Origin: Vulcanimicrobiota bacterium
GTDB taxonomy: Bacteria; Vulcanimicrobiota; Vulcanimicrobiia; Vulcanimicrobiales; Vulcanimicrobiaceae
Reading direction: 5' to 3'
Length of the DNA stretch: 64,000 nucleotides
Assembly: GCA_963795855.1 (NCBI GenBank)
Contig: CAWCIZ010000003.1
Location: 800,001 to 864,000 of the forward strand
Below, one piece after another: positions 18,531 to 28,829 of this stretch (its first letter is position 1; each line of letters opens with the position of its first letter). Both the position numbers and the translations under genes were made by a program. The notes under the pieces are model-generated. The model ran no database searches, was not told where the DNA came from, and was given only the letters and a program-made list of their open reading frames with translations.

Positions 18531-19995
18531 GTGGACGTTCTCGCCGTTCTCGCGCGTTGGAACTCACTGCCCGCGCGGACTCGCGCTATTGCTTCGTTTG
18601 CGTTCGCCGCGGCTGCCGCAGTTTCGATCCTTGCGGGCATCGTAACGCATCCGCAGCGTTCGGCGCTGTTCGCGAGCGCGTTGCACCCCGAGCAGGCTCT
18701 CCGAAGTTGAAGAACGGCTCGCGAGCTGGAACGTCGCATTCACGCCGGTCGCGGACAACGTGCTCGTCCAAACGGGACGGCGGAACGATCTGCTTCTGCG
18801 CCTTTCGATGGCGGGCGTGCCCCACGCGCACATCGACGCCTCTGCGGACGTTCTGGGAAAACTCGGCGCGCTTACGCCGCAAGCGGTCATCGACGCGCAA
18901 GCGCGCGACGGTCTCGCCGGAGACATCGAATTGGGGCTGCGCGGAATTCAAGGAGTGGAAGACGCGCGCGTGATCGTGGCGCCGGCGAAACCGGCATACT
19001 TCGCAGACGACGGTTCACGCGATGCTAGTGCCAGCGTACGGCTGCAGCTCGCGCCGAACTCGCGGCTCTCGGCGGACGCGGTGAACGGCATTCGCTCCTT
19101 CGTCGCCGCAAGCGTGCCCGGGCTGGACGAGCGCCGCGTCACGATCGTGGACGATCGCGGCGTCGCGCTGGGGGACGGTTCCACCCAGGATGACGCGGGC
19201 GATATGCAGCGTTCTCTTCAAACCGCGCTCGACGCGGCGCTCGGCGCGGGAACGTCAATCGTTCGCGTGCACGTCGAATACGACCGTCGCGCGATTACGA
19301 GCAAAGACGTACGGCGCGCTCCGCTTTCGCCGCTGCCGATTAGCGCGACCATGCAGGACGAACGCTACGACGCTGAGGGCAAACGCTACGACCGGTCGGA
19401 CCAGCAACTCGATCGCGGAAGCGAAACGCGCGAGGTGGCATCGTCCGCCGCGCCGGGACGCATTGCGCGCATTTCCGCAGCGGTCTTCGTGGACGCCGCG
19501 CACGGCATCGATCTGGAACAAGTGCGCGAACTCGCAACTGCGGCGCTTGGGCTGGATCCGCACCGCGGCGATACGATCGAGGTTGCCGCGATCGCCTTTG
19601 CACGGGTACCTGCGGTGCGCAAGGACGGCTGGTGGCTGGCATACGGCGCAATCGTACCGCTCCTTCCAACGCTTGCCATCGCCATTGCGGCACTGGTTGC
19701 ACTGAGTTGGGCTCACGGGCCGCTCACATCGCTGATACGAACGATCGCAGAGCGCGCAAGCATTACGCGCGCGGCGCAAGCCGCACAAGGAATTCCGGCG
19801 GCGCGCGTTCGGGGAGCGCTTGCGAACGAACCGCCGCACGCCGCCGCGGCAATCATCAGTGCGCTGCCGGCTGCTACAGCCGCCGCGGTTCTCGATATGT
19901 ATCCGGAACACGAGCGGGCGGCGATTATCCGACGCATGCAGCGGCCTGCATCGCCGCTGCTGTCCGACGCGGAGAGCTTCATTGCCAATGCCTGA
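18531..19995 (+). CDS. fliF: FliF-like MS-ring protein with C-terminal FliG-middle-like domain (frameshift near 18700)
   Basis: TM1; ring motif GVEDARVIV...ASASVRL...VAASVPGL...VTIVDDRG; RGDTIEV; TM2; then NEPPHAAAAIISAL...AAVLDMYPEHERAAIIRRM. Confidence 0.8.
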
Positions 19996-20476
19996 AAACT
20001 TTCGCACCTTAGCCGAATTGCTGGGGCCCGCTCCATCGGAACGCGTTGCCGATTCACCGTGCGATGAGGATGACGCAATCGCCGATTGCGGCACCGAAGA
20101 TACGGCCGTCTGGGGTGAGGAAATGGCCGAGCTGGCGCGAGAGGTGCGGCTGTTTCGCGCGCACGTCGCGGAAGCAGTCGACGCGGCGTTGGAAACGCTG
20201 CTCGCCGATATCGCCGCCGAGGTTCTGGCACGCGAATTGCTGTTGGCACCGGTAGACGTTCAGCAAATCGTCGAGCGCGCGGTTCGGCGTTTCGACGGTG
20301 AACGAACGCTTCGCATACGCGTGCATCCCGATGAGGTGCAACGGGTTGAATCCGAGGTACCGGTCATTGCGGATTCGACTCTGCGCCGTGGTGACGCTGC
20401 GATCGAGTTATGCAACGGCAGCGTCGACGTCTCGCTCGGCGTGCGGCTCGAAGCGGTGCTGCGCGCAAACTCGTGA
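19988..20476 (+). CDS. fliH: FliH/SctL-like ATPase stator protein (short)
   Basis: IRVHPDE...DSTLRRGDAAIE...GSVD C-terminal pattern. Confidence 0.8.
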   Translation: MPENFRTLAELLGPAPSERVADSPCDEDDAIADCGTEDTAVWGEEMAELAREVRLFRAHVAEAVDAALETLLADIAAEVLARELLLAPVDVQQIVERAVRRFDGERTLRIRVHPDEVQRVESEVPVIADSTLRRGDAAIELCNGSVDVSLGVRLEAVLRANS

Positions 20477-21705
20477 TTGCGCGCGGAACGGTGCTCGGCG
20501 CTGCCGGTGGTCTCGTGTCGGCTCGGCTTCCGGGCGCGGTCGTGGGCGCAGGCGTACGACTTCGCACTTCAAGCGGCAGCGTTGCCGGCATCGTAACCGC
20601 GCTGCGAAGCGAACGAACGTTGATTGCCGCATACGATGCACTCGAAGGCCTTCGCGTCGGCGACGACGTGTATGCGCATCCCACGGCACTGATGATGCCG
20701 CTCGGTATGCCGATCCTCGGCCGCGCGATCGACGCCGCAGGCACGCCTTTGGACGGCGGTCCGCCGATACGCGGACGCGCGACGAGCGCTGCGCTCCATG
20801 CGCCCGAACCATCGCAACGCAAAGCAGTTCGCACGGCCTTCTGGACCGGGATCCGCACGGTCGATGCGCTGCTTACCGTCGGGCGCGGAGCGCGCATCGG
20901 CATCTTCGGACCGCCGGGTTGCGGTAAATCGACGCTGCTGCACTCGCTGATTCACGCTTCCGGAGCCGACGCCGTCGTCGTCGGTTTGGTCGGCGAGCGC
21001 GGACGCGAAGCGGAGGAGTGGGTGCGCGTGTGTCCGCCGCACGCATGCGTCGTCTGCGCCACCAGCGATCGCAGTCCTGCGCAGCGCATCCATGCGGCGC
21101 GCGTCGCGATGGCGCAAGCCCACGCGCTGCGCTCGCGGGGTTTACACGTCCTGCTCGTTCTCGATAGCCTTGCGCGGTATGCTGCCGCGCTGCGCGAAGT
21201 CGCATTGGCTTGCGGCGAAAGCGTCGGCCGAGCGGGCTATCCGGCAAGCGTCTTTGCCGAACTCGCGCGTTTCCTTGAAGTGGCGGGCGCGTGCAAGCGC
21301 GGTTCGATTACGCTGGTGGGAACCGTGCTCTCCGACGGTGACGAGCGCGATCCGGTCAGCGACGCCGCGCGCTCGCTGCTCGACGGGCACATCGCGCTTT
21401 CACCGAAGCTCGCGCATGCCGGACGCTTTCCCGCAATCGATCTGCTCGCGAGCGCCAGCCGGACGATGGGCGAGATTGCGGACCCGGTGCATCTCGAGCA
21501 CGCGAGCGCGGTTCGCCGCGCCGTGTCGGTGCTGGCGCAGAGCGAGGACGCGCGCAGCCTGGGCATCGCCCCGACCGACGCGTTCGCCGTCCGCGCCATC
21601 GCCGCGGAACCCTACATCGACCGGCTGCTCCGCCAAGGCAAGCTGCCGTCCTCGCCCGCACAGACGCTATCGGCGCTCGCCGCCGTTGCCGATATCTTGA
21701 GGTAA
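20473..21705 (+). CDS. fliI: FliI/SctN type III export ATPase
   Basis: Walker A GPPGCGKST, GERGRE, LDSLARYA, GYPASV, LDGHIAL, FPAID. Confidence 0.92.
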   Translation: MIARGTVLGAAGGLVSARLPGAVVGAGVRLRTSSGSVAGIVTALRSERTLIAAYDALEGLRVGDDVYAHPTALMMPLGMPILGRAIDAAGTPLDGGPPIRGRATSAALHAPEPSQRKAVRTAFWTGIRTVDALLTVGRGARIGIFGPPGCGKSTLLHSLIHASGADAVVVGLVGERGREAEEWVRVCPPHACVVCATSDRSPAQRIHAARVAMAQAHALRSRGLHVLLVLDSLARYAAALREVALACGESVGRAGYPASVFAELARFLEVAGACKRGSITLVGTVLSDGDERDPVSDAARSLLDGHIALSPKLAHAGRFPAIDLLASASRTMGEIADPVHLEHASAVRRAVSVLAQSEDARSLGIAPTDAFAVRAIAAEPYIDRLLRQGKLPSSPAQTLSALAAVADILR

Positions 21706-21708
21706 GCC

Positions 21709-22260
21709 ATGGACATCAGCACGGATATCGCCGCCGTTCGCCAGCGCATCGCCGAAATTACCGGACAAAGCCTCCTGCCCGCTCCGCCGGTTCAACCGTC
21801 CGGCTCTTTTGCTTCGATGGTGTCGGCTGCGATGAACCCGGAGTCCGTCGCAGGACCGGCTCCCGTTCCACCGCAGCGCATCGCACAGCTCGTGGGCGCA
21901 AATGCGAACGCCTGGGGCGTCGACCCCGCGCTTGTAAAGGCCATCATCGCAAACGAGTCGGGATTCGACGCAAACGCCACGTCGAAGACCGGCGCGCAGG
22001 GCCTGATGCAGCTCGAGCCGGGGACCGCCGCCGGCCTGGGGGTTGCAAACGCTTACGATCCGGCGGAAAATATTTCGGGCGGGACGCGTTACATGAGAGG
22101 CCTTCTGGATCGTTTCCATGGTGATCTGCGCCTGGCAATTGCCGCCTACAATGCGGGGCCGGCGGCAGTGGAGAAGTATGGCGGAGTTCCACCCTATGCC
22201 GAAACGCAGGCCTACGTCGACAACGTACTCGACAGTTATCAGCGGTACAAGACGCAGTAG
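21709..22260 (+). CDS. Lytic transglycosylase (SLT domain)
   Basis: [26 protein letters not shown]. Confidence 0.93.
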   Translation: MDISTDIAAVRQRIAEITGQSLLPAPPVQPSGSFASMVSAAMNPESVAGPAPVPPQRIAQLVGANANAWGVDPALVKAIIANESGFDANATSKTGAQGLMQLEPGTAAGLGVANAYDPAENISGGTRYMRGLLDRFHGDLRLAIAAYNAGPAAVEKYGGVPPYAETQAYVDNVLDSYQRYKTQ

Positions 22261-23813
22261 CATCATACTGCTGCTGGCTGCAGCTCTCGCACTTCCCGCA
22301 ATTACCGCGCGCGCCCAGGCGCAGTCACTTTCCACGGTGCTCGACGCGCGTAAAACCGCGCTCGCCGCGATGCACGTGCACCAGCCCAGGAGCCTCGAGG
22401 TCATCGGCATCGTTACCGGCGGCGGCTTGACGGGCGAATTTCATACTTGGCAAACCGCGGACGGCAAAGCGCGCTTCGAAGAAGATTACGGGGTGCGCAA
22501 AGAGACGACGCTGCGCATCGGACGCAAAGAATATGTCGTGAACGAAAGCGACGACGTGCGCCAGTCTGCATGGGCTACTGCTGCAGCGGCAGCTGACCGA
22601 CGATTTCGTGGACGACGACCGCTTCGTCACTCAGCCGCAATACGACTCGTACATCGGACAAAAGCGCCTTCCGGATGGGCGTTCGGTCTTCGAACTCGTC
22701 GTCGCGCCGCCCGGCGGCCAGCCGGAAACGGTCGATTTGGACGTGAAGACGCTGATGATCGATCGCGTCAGTTACGACGAAGAAGACGGAATCTCGACGC
22801 AGGATTATTACGGCTATAGGCACTTCGACGGCATCGTAATGGCCGAGCGCGAAACGGATTCGAACGGCGATCATGCCTACGACGTCACGCGGATTGCAAA
22901 CAAGGTCTACGTCGATCGGCCGATTGCGTCTTCGTTGTTCGAAGTTCCCCAAGGCGCGGTGGTGCAGAACGACAAGCCGATTACGGTCCCGCTCATCGAG
23001 CGCCAAGGCCATTATTACACGATCGTTCGCATCGGAACGCACGATTACACGTTCTTGGTCGATACGGGAGCGCAGTCTATCGTGCTCGATTCCCACGTCG
23101 CTTCGCAATTGGGTCTGGAGACCGAAGGGCATCTCGAGGTGTCCGGCGTGCAGCGAGTCGGCGGTATGGGCATAACGCCGCTCAAAAGTCTGCAAATCGG
23201 CGGCGCCACGCTGCCGGTGCACGTGGCGACCGTCATCGATCTGCACGGCGTCACCGGCACGTTCGACGCCGACGGCGTGCTCGGATATCCGTTTTTCGCG
23301 GCGGCGGAAGTGACGATCGATCCCGTGGCAAAGACGATGACGTTCGGGAAACCCGGCGCACTGCAGGTAAAAGGTGAGCCGATTGTGGTCGACGCCGACC
23401 GGCAACTCATCGAAGTGGACGGGAAAGTGAACGGCGCGCAAGGGCGTTTTGTGATCGACACCGGCAACAGCACCGAACTCTTGCTGTTCCAGCCGTTCCT
23501 GCACTCGCATCCGTACCTGGTGCAATTCGGCGACCGGCATTTTGCGAACGACTACGGCGTGGGCGGCGAGGTTCGCGCCGTATCCGCGATCATCGACGAA
23601 CTCGACGTCGGGAATTATCGTCTCTACAACAGAAACGTCAGCCTCATGCTGAGCGATCAAGGCGCGTTTGCCGACCGGTTCGACGCCGGCAACATCGGTA
23701 TGGGCGTGCTGCAAAACTTCATCGTGACGTTCGATCTCGCGAACGCGCAAATGTACCTCGAACGCGACGCTGCTTTCGACGACGGACGCTATCGCGCTCG
23801 CCTCGATCACTAA
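22230..23813 (+). CDS. Exported double retropepsin-like aspartyl protease (start approximate; frameshift near 22565)
   Basis: Signal-like [27 protein letters not shown]...DGVLG and FVIDTGN...GNIG. Confidence 0.8.
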
Positions 23814-23873
23814 GACACCGCTCCGCAATAATTCCGAAGCAGCCTCATCACGCGGCGCTCCTAGCGTAAGTGC

Positions 23874-24426
23874 ATGACGATTACGGAGCAGTTGCAGTTC
23901 AGCGTTCTCACGGCGCCCGTCGCTACACTCGACAGACGCGTGCTCTCGCAGGCTTGGTATTCCGCGCTCTATCCCAGCGGCGCTTCACGGGCCGAAAAGT
24001 CGCCGCAACCTCCGAAAGCGCAAGAGCGTCCCGCACCTGCCCCGCGCGCTCGTGAACGAAAGTCACGCGCGCGTTTGGACGAGCGGTTCCTGCGCTCCGC
24101 ATTCGGCCGAGCCGGCAAAAGCATCGAACCGCTCGGGGTTTGCTCCGCTCGATCGGCGCGCGCCGCGATCGCCGCTCGCACGCAAGATCGAACGCACGCT
24201 GCTGCATCCGCGCGCGTCGTCGAGAAAAACATCGTTTACTATCCATGCATCGCACGGCCGGATTCATGTGTTGCTGCAGAACCGGCCGCGCGGTCTGAAA
24301 CTCATCGCCATTTGCCCGCCGAATGCGCGTTCGTACGTCGCGGCGGCGCTCGCTCAGGCGCGTTACGCGCTCGCGCTGCGAGGCATGGCGCTCGATGCGG
24401 ACGTGCGCGCGGAGATGCCATGCTGA
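23874..24426 (+). CDS. Hypothetical protein with FliK C-terminal-like domain (frameshifted)
   Basis: Low-complexity linker, then GRIHVLL...LKLIAIC...ALAQARYALALRGM, resembling the FliK/T3S4 fold. Confidence 0.45.
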
Positions 24427-25139
24427 TTTCGAACGCGGCGTCGCGGGCGCTGGATGAGATCGCCGTGCGGGAACGCGACGTGCTGCAGGCGTTCGCGCCG
24501 GGCGCAATACCGGAACGCGCAGACGTCTCCGCGCCGCCGTCGTCGCAACCGGTGCTCGATCCGTTGTCCGCCGCACCACCGGCAGATGCTTATTTCATCA
24601 CGACGGACGATCGCGGGCGCACGCTTTTCACGCGCGACGGTCAGTTCAGCATAGAGAACGGAACGCTCGTCGATCGCCAAGGCCATCCGGTGCTCGGTTA
24701 CGCGCACGATGGAGCGCCTCTGCAACCGCTGCAAGTCGATCCGGTCGACGCTTCGCTCGGCTTTTCGACTAACGCGGCGCTGCAGCCCGACGGAGCCCTC
24801 ACGTACGAGCGAAGCACGATCGATCCCCGAAACGGCCGAAGCGAACTGGTGCGAGCGATCGCGGGGCGGCTCGCGCTGGCACGGTTCGTGCCGGGAACCA
24901 AACTCGCGACGGTCGACGCGCAACATGCAGCCGCGCCAACCGGAATCGCCCCGCACATCGGACGCGCGGCCGACGGCAACTTCGGCGCAATTACGCCCTT
25001 CGCTGCGCAGCGCAGCGGCATTGACATCGACGCGGGTTTGGAGCGTTTGCAGGAAGCGTATCTTGCGCTCGATGCGATTCGCGCTGCCGGCAAAGCGCAA
25101 GGCGGAGTTCAGAAAACCGCGATGGATTTGCTGAAGTGA
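24420..25139 (+). CDS. FlgF/FlgG-like rod protein
   Basis: AYFI...FTRDGQF...GTLVDRQGHPVLG; C-terminal SGIDI... Confidence 0.75.
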   Translation: MLISNAASRALDEIAVRERDVLQAFAPGAIPERADVSAPPSSQPVLDPLSAAPPADAYFITTDDRGRTLFTRDGQFSIENGTLVDRQGHPVLGYAHDGAPLQPLQVDPVDASLGFSTNAALQPDGALTYERSTIDPRNGRSELVRAIAGRLALARFVPGTKLATVDAQHAAAPTGIAPHIGRAADGNFGAITPFAAQRSGIDIDAGLERLQEAYLALDAIRAAGKAQGGVQKTAMDLLK

Positions 25140-25894
25140 CGGTTCTCGGATTCGAACGCCAAAGCGAAACGATCGCGGGGCGGCGGATTCGGCGCGCGCG
25201 CTTCGAGCGACGGTCTACGCTTCCGGTGTCCGCGGCATGCCTGGTCGCAAACGGCGTGCGTGAAACGCTTGGCGCGCTGCTCGCGACGCCCGTTTCGTTA
25301 CGGCTGCTCGAGCCGGCAATCCCCGATCCGGCGGCGTGGCGCGCGATTTGCGACGGCGCGCAACTCTACACCGCGCGCGGATCCAATTGCGACGCGGCGT
25401 TCGTGCTGCGCCCGCGCGACGCGGTCGCGCTCGCCGGCACCGCTTTTGGCGAAGAGCCCAACGATTCGCGGCAGTTGTCCGCGGTCGAACAAGAGGTGCT
25501 CGTCCGCATGCTGCAAGGGCTCGCGACCTGCTTGGCTCCGGTTTGCGGCCGCGATCTTCAGCCGCTCGAACGCATTCTTGACATAAACGGATTCACGACC
25601 TATTTCGAGCTGCTGCTCGAACGGCCGGCGTCTGCGCGGATCGGCGTTGCGCTCTCGCGGGATCCGGTTTCGCGAGGCGCCGGAAACCTGCGCATCGAGG
25701 ACCTGCTGCAGGTCGAAATCGAGGTTTCCGTGCAATTCGCGTCGGGCGCCCTTCCGGCCGCCGCATTTCTGGACTTACGCCCCGGGACCGACGTGCCGAT
25801 GAAAACAAGGGTAGGGGAACCGGGCCTGCTCAAACTTGGCGGCGCCGTGCTTGCCCGCGGTGAATGCGGAGTCTCGGCGACCGAAGCGCACTGA
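25136..25894 (+). CDS. FliM-like switch protein with C-terminal SpoA domain
   Basis: LSAVEQEVL and C-terminal IEVSVQF...LDLRPG...LARGECG; upstream of fliN. Confidence 0.6.
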   Translation: MTVLGFERQSETIAGRRIRRARFERRSTLPVSAACLVANGVRETLGALLATPVSLRLLEPAIPDPAAWRAICDGAQLYTARGSNCDAAFVLRPRDAVALAGTAFGEEPNDSRQLSAVEQEVLVRMLQGLATCLAPVCGRDLQPLERILDINGFTTYFELLLERPASARIGVALSRDPVSRGAGNLRIEDLLQVEIEVSVQFASGALPAAAFLDLRPGTDVPMKTRVGEPGLLKLGGAVLARGECGVSATEAH

Positions 25895-25930
25895 TCGTGA
25901 CTGCGGTCCGGTAAAGGATACGATACGAGG

Positions 25931-26209
25931 ATGATGGCCGAACAAAAGAAACCGATGGTTGCGGATCAGCAAAACTTGGATTTGCTGATGAATGTGTCGC
26001 TCGAGGTGACGGCGGAGCTGGGCAAATGCAAATTGTCGGTGTCGGACATACTCAAACTCGGTACCGGCTCGATCGTTGAACTCGAGCGTCTTGCCGGCGG
26101 CCCCGTCGATCTGCTCGTGAACAGCAAACTCGTCGCGCGCGGCGAAGTGGTCGCCATCGACGAGAATTTCGGTGTCCGCGTCACGGAGCTGATCCAGAAG
26201 CCGACGTAG
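25931..26209 (+). CDS. fliN: Flagellar switch protein FliN
   Basis: [10 protein letters not shown]...GSIVELER...[16 protein letters not shown]. Confidence 0.93.
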   Translation: MMAEQKKPMVADQQNLDLLMNVSLEVTAELGKCKLSVSDILKLGTGSIVELERLAGGPVDLLVNSKLVARGEVVAIDENFGVRVTELIQKPT

Positions 26210-26251
26210 CGCCCTCACGTTCCGGCAACATCCGCGCGCTACCGTGGCGTA

Positions 26252-26908
26252 ATGGATGGACTGCTTGCCATTGCAAACCACGCTCGCGCCACGCTGCCGC
26301 TCGACACGCTCGCCGCGCTCACCATCTTATCGGTCGCACCGTTTTTGCTCGTCATGTGTACGTCGTTCGTGCGCATCGTCGTCGTGCTCTCGCTCGTGCG
26401 TTCCGCAATCGGCGCCGCGGCGCTGCCGCCCAATACCGTTTTAACCGGTCTCGCGCTCGTTCTCACACTCGTCATCATGTCGCCCACGCTCACGCGCATC
26501 TCGAATGAAGCGGTGCAGCCGTACTCCCAAGGCCGCATCACGCAATCGCAGTTCATCGACCGTGCCGCCGGGCCGCTGCGCGCGTTCATGCTGCGTCAAA
26601 CTCGCGCGGCGGATATCGACCTTTTCGAGCGCGTCGCGCACGGCACGCCGGGGCCGTACGGCAAAACGCCGATGCTCGTTTTGGTTCCTGCGTTCGTCGT
26701 GGGAGAACTGCGCGACGGATTCGCGATCGGATTCGCGCTCTATCTGCCTTTCGTCGCGATCGATCTGGCCGTTGCGTCGATCTTGATGGGCCTCGGGATG
26801 TTCATGCTCAGCCCGCCCGTCATATCGTTGCCGGCCAAACTGCTGCTGTTCGTGATGGTCGACGGTTGGGCGCTGGTCTGCGGAGGCGTCGCCGCGAGCT
26901 TTAGATAA
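26252..26908 (+). CDS. fliP: Export gate protein FliP/SctR (no N-terminal signal extension)
   Basis: TSFVRIVVVLS, PPNTVL, PAFVVGEL, LGMFMLSPPVISLPAKLLLFV. Confidence 0.93.
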   Translation: MDGLLAIANHARATLPLDTLAALTILSVAPFLLVMCTSFVRIVVVLSLVRSAIGAAALPPNTVLTGLALVLTLVIMSPTLTRISNEAVQPYSQGRITQSQFIDRAAGPLRAFMLRQTRAADIDLFERVAHGTPGPYGKTPMLVLVPAFVVGELRDGFAIGFALYLPFVAIDLAVASILMGLGMFMLSPPVISLPAKLLLFVMVDGWALVCGGVAASFR

Positions 26909-26921
26909 GAGGTGCGCTGAC

Positions 26922-27815
26922 ATGCGCATAAGTCAGGCGCTCGCGACGCAGCGGCCGTTTTTTTCCTTCGAGTTCTTTCCGCCCAGGACCGACGAGGCGT
27001 GCGCGCATCTGCTGGAAACCGCGCGAACGCTGCGCGAATTGCGTCCGGCATTCGTTTCCATCACGTACGGTGCGGGCGGTTCCACCCGGGCGCGGACCGT
27101 CGAACTTTCCAAGCAGATACAAAGCGAGATCGGGCTCAACGTCATGGCGCACGTAACGTGCGTTGCCAGTTCCCGCTCGGACCTGCGATCGGTCTTGAAC
27201 GACCTCGAGGCGGCCGGCATCGAAAACGTTCTCGCGTTGCGTGGCGACCCGCCGCGCGAAGCGCCGGCTTCCAACACGGCGCCGGCCGCATTCGGCCACG
27301 CCGACGATCTCGTCGCGATGGTGGCGCGAAACTACCATTTCTGCATCGGCGGCGCCTGTTATCCGGAGAAGCATATCGAGGCGGTGAGTCTGGCAGACGA
27401 TCTGCAGTACCTCGTGCGTAAAGTGGATGCGGGAGCGGAATTCCTGATCACGCAGCTGTTCTTCGATAATGACAAGTATTTCGAGTTCGTCGATCGAGCG
27501 CGCCGAATGGGCATCTCTGTCCCGATTCTGCCCGGCATCATGCCGATCACGAACTACGAACAAATTCAGCGGTTCACGGCGATGTGCGGGGCGACGATTC
27601 CGCCAAAATTGCTCGCCGAATTGGAGATTCGTCGGGAAGAGCCCAAGGCGGTGGAAGAACTCGGCGTGGCTTTTGCTACACTCCAGTGCACCGATCTGCT
27701 GCGGCGCGGCGCTCCCGGCGTGCACTTTTACACCTTGAACAAATCGCCCGCAACGCGCGCAATCGTGAGCGCGCTCCTCGCAGCGACCGCGTGGAGGTCG
27801 TTCATCAACAGGTAA
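26922..27815 (+). CDS. metF: 5,10-methylenetetrahydrofolate reductase
   Basis: SFEFFPP, TYGAGG, LRGDPP, ITQLFFD, HFYTLN. Confidence 0.96.
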   Translation: MRISQALATQRPFFSFEFFPPRTDEACAHLLETARTLRELRPAFVSITYGAGGSTRARTVELSKQIQSEIGLNVMAHVTCVASSRSDLRSVLNDLEAAGIENVLALRGDPPREAPASNTAPAAFGHADDLVAMVARNYHFCIGGACYPEKHIEAVSLADDLQYLVRKVDAGAEFLITQLFFDNDKYFEFVDRARRMGISVPILPGIMPITNYEQIQRFTAMCGATIPPKLLAELEIRREEPKAVEELGVAFATLQCTDLLRRGAPGVHFYTLNKSPATRAIVSALLAATAWRSFINR

Positions 27816-27849
27816 CGTCGCGGCAACGCCGCTCCGGTAGAGTGCGGCC

Positions 27850-28116
27850 ATGGCGGCATTCGACGGGCTGTTGCGCGAAGCGCTGGTAATTGCGGCGCTG
27901 CTCTGCTTACCCGTGCTGTGCGTGGCGACGCTGGTTGGAACCGTCGTGGCCGTATTTCAGGCGGCTACGCAAGTGCAGGAGCAAACGCTCTCGCTGCTGC
28001 CAAAGCTCATCGCGGTCGGCGTTACCGTCGCCGTATTCGGCGGTTTTGCGATGCACGCGTGCGCGGCACTGTTCACGGACGTTCTCGCGCAAATCCCGGC
28101 GCTCGTCGGCGCGTGA
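27850..28116 (+). CDS. fliQ: Export gate protein FliQ/SctS
   Basis: FQAATQVQEQTLSLLPKL. Confidence 0.93.
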   Translation: MAAFDGLLREALVIAALLCLPVLCVATLVGTVVAVFQAATQVQEQTLSLLPKLIAVGVTVAVFGGFAMHACAALFTDVLAQIPALVGA

Positions 28117-28829
28117 ACGCAACCGCACTTCTGGTCTTCGCGCGTTGTGCGGGCTTTATTTTTCGCGCGCCGGGGTTTTCGCATCCCTCCGTTCCGCCGC
28201 CGGTGCGCGCGGCATTCGCGCTCGTGCTTGCACTTGCGGTCTTCCCCGCCGTACACGCCATCCGCTCGCCGGACGGCGCCGCGTTCGTTGCTGCCGTTGC
28301 AGCGGAGATTGGCATCGGCGCTGCAATCGGTTTTGCGGCGTCGGTGTTGTACGACGGCGCCTACGCAGGTGGGCGCGCGCTCGACGATTACGTCGGTATC
28401 CGCGGCAGCGTCCCGAACGCGCAACTCTACGCGGGCGCCGGTTTTGGGCGCGTCTGGTCGCTCGTCTTTACCGCGGGTTTTTTTCTGCTCGGCGGGTACC
28501 GCGTGCTGATCATCGCGTTTTGCCGAAGCTTCGAAAGCGTGCCGCCGGGCACTGCCATTTCGGCGCACGATTGGTATGCCTATGCGCTCGCGCTCCCGGC
28601 GAGCATCATCGAAGCGGCACTGCTCGTCGCCGGACCGGCGATCGCGATGGTGTTCGTGGCGCAGTTTACGCTCGGAGCGCTCACGCGCGTCATTCCCCGC
28701 TTCGCGAGCTTCACGCTGTCTTTTCCAATCGTTTTCGGCATGGCGCTGATTGCGACGATTCTGGCAGTCCCGCTGCTGTTCGCGCAAAGCGCGCTTCCGT
28801 GGCTCCGCGTTCCTTTTCTTGCGCGATAG
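28113..28829 (+). CDS. fliR: Export gate protein FliR/SctT
   Basis: FAR...PGFS...VPPPVR; multiple TM helices; LTRVIP...FP. Confidence 0.85.
   Translation: MNATALLVFARCAGFIFRAPGFSHPSVPPPVRAAFALVLALAVFPAVHAIRSPDGAAFVAAVAAEIGIGAAIGFAASVLYDGAYAGGRALDDYVGIRGSVPNAQLYAGAGFGRVWSLVFTAGFFLLGGYRVLIIAFCRSFESVPPGTAISAHDWYAYALALPASIIEAALLVAGPAIAMVFVAQFTLGALTRVIPRFASFTLSFPIVFGMALIATILAVPLLFAQSALPWLRVPFLAR

Noticed and set aside
23874..25139. 421-aa single ORF as a long rod or hook protein (FlgE)
   Set aside because: Better explained as a frameshifted upstream gene plus a 239-aa FlgF/G-like gene starting at 24420, which is too short for FlgE.
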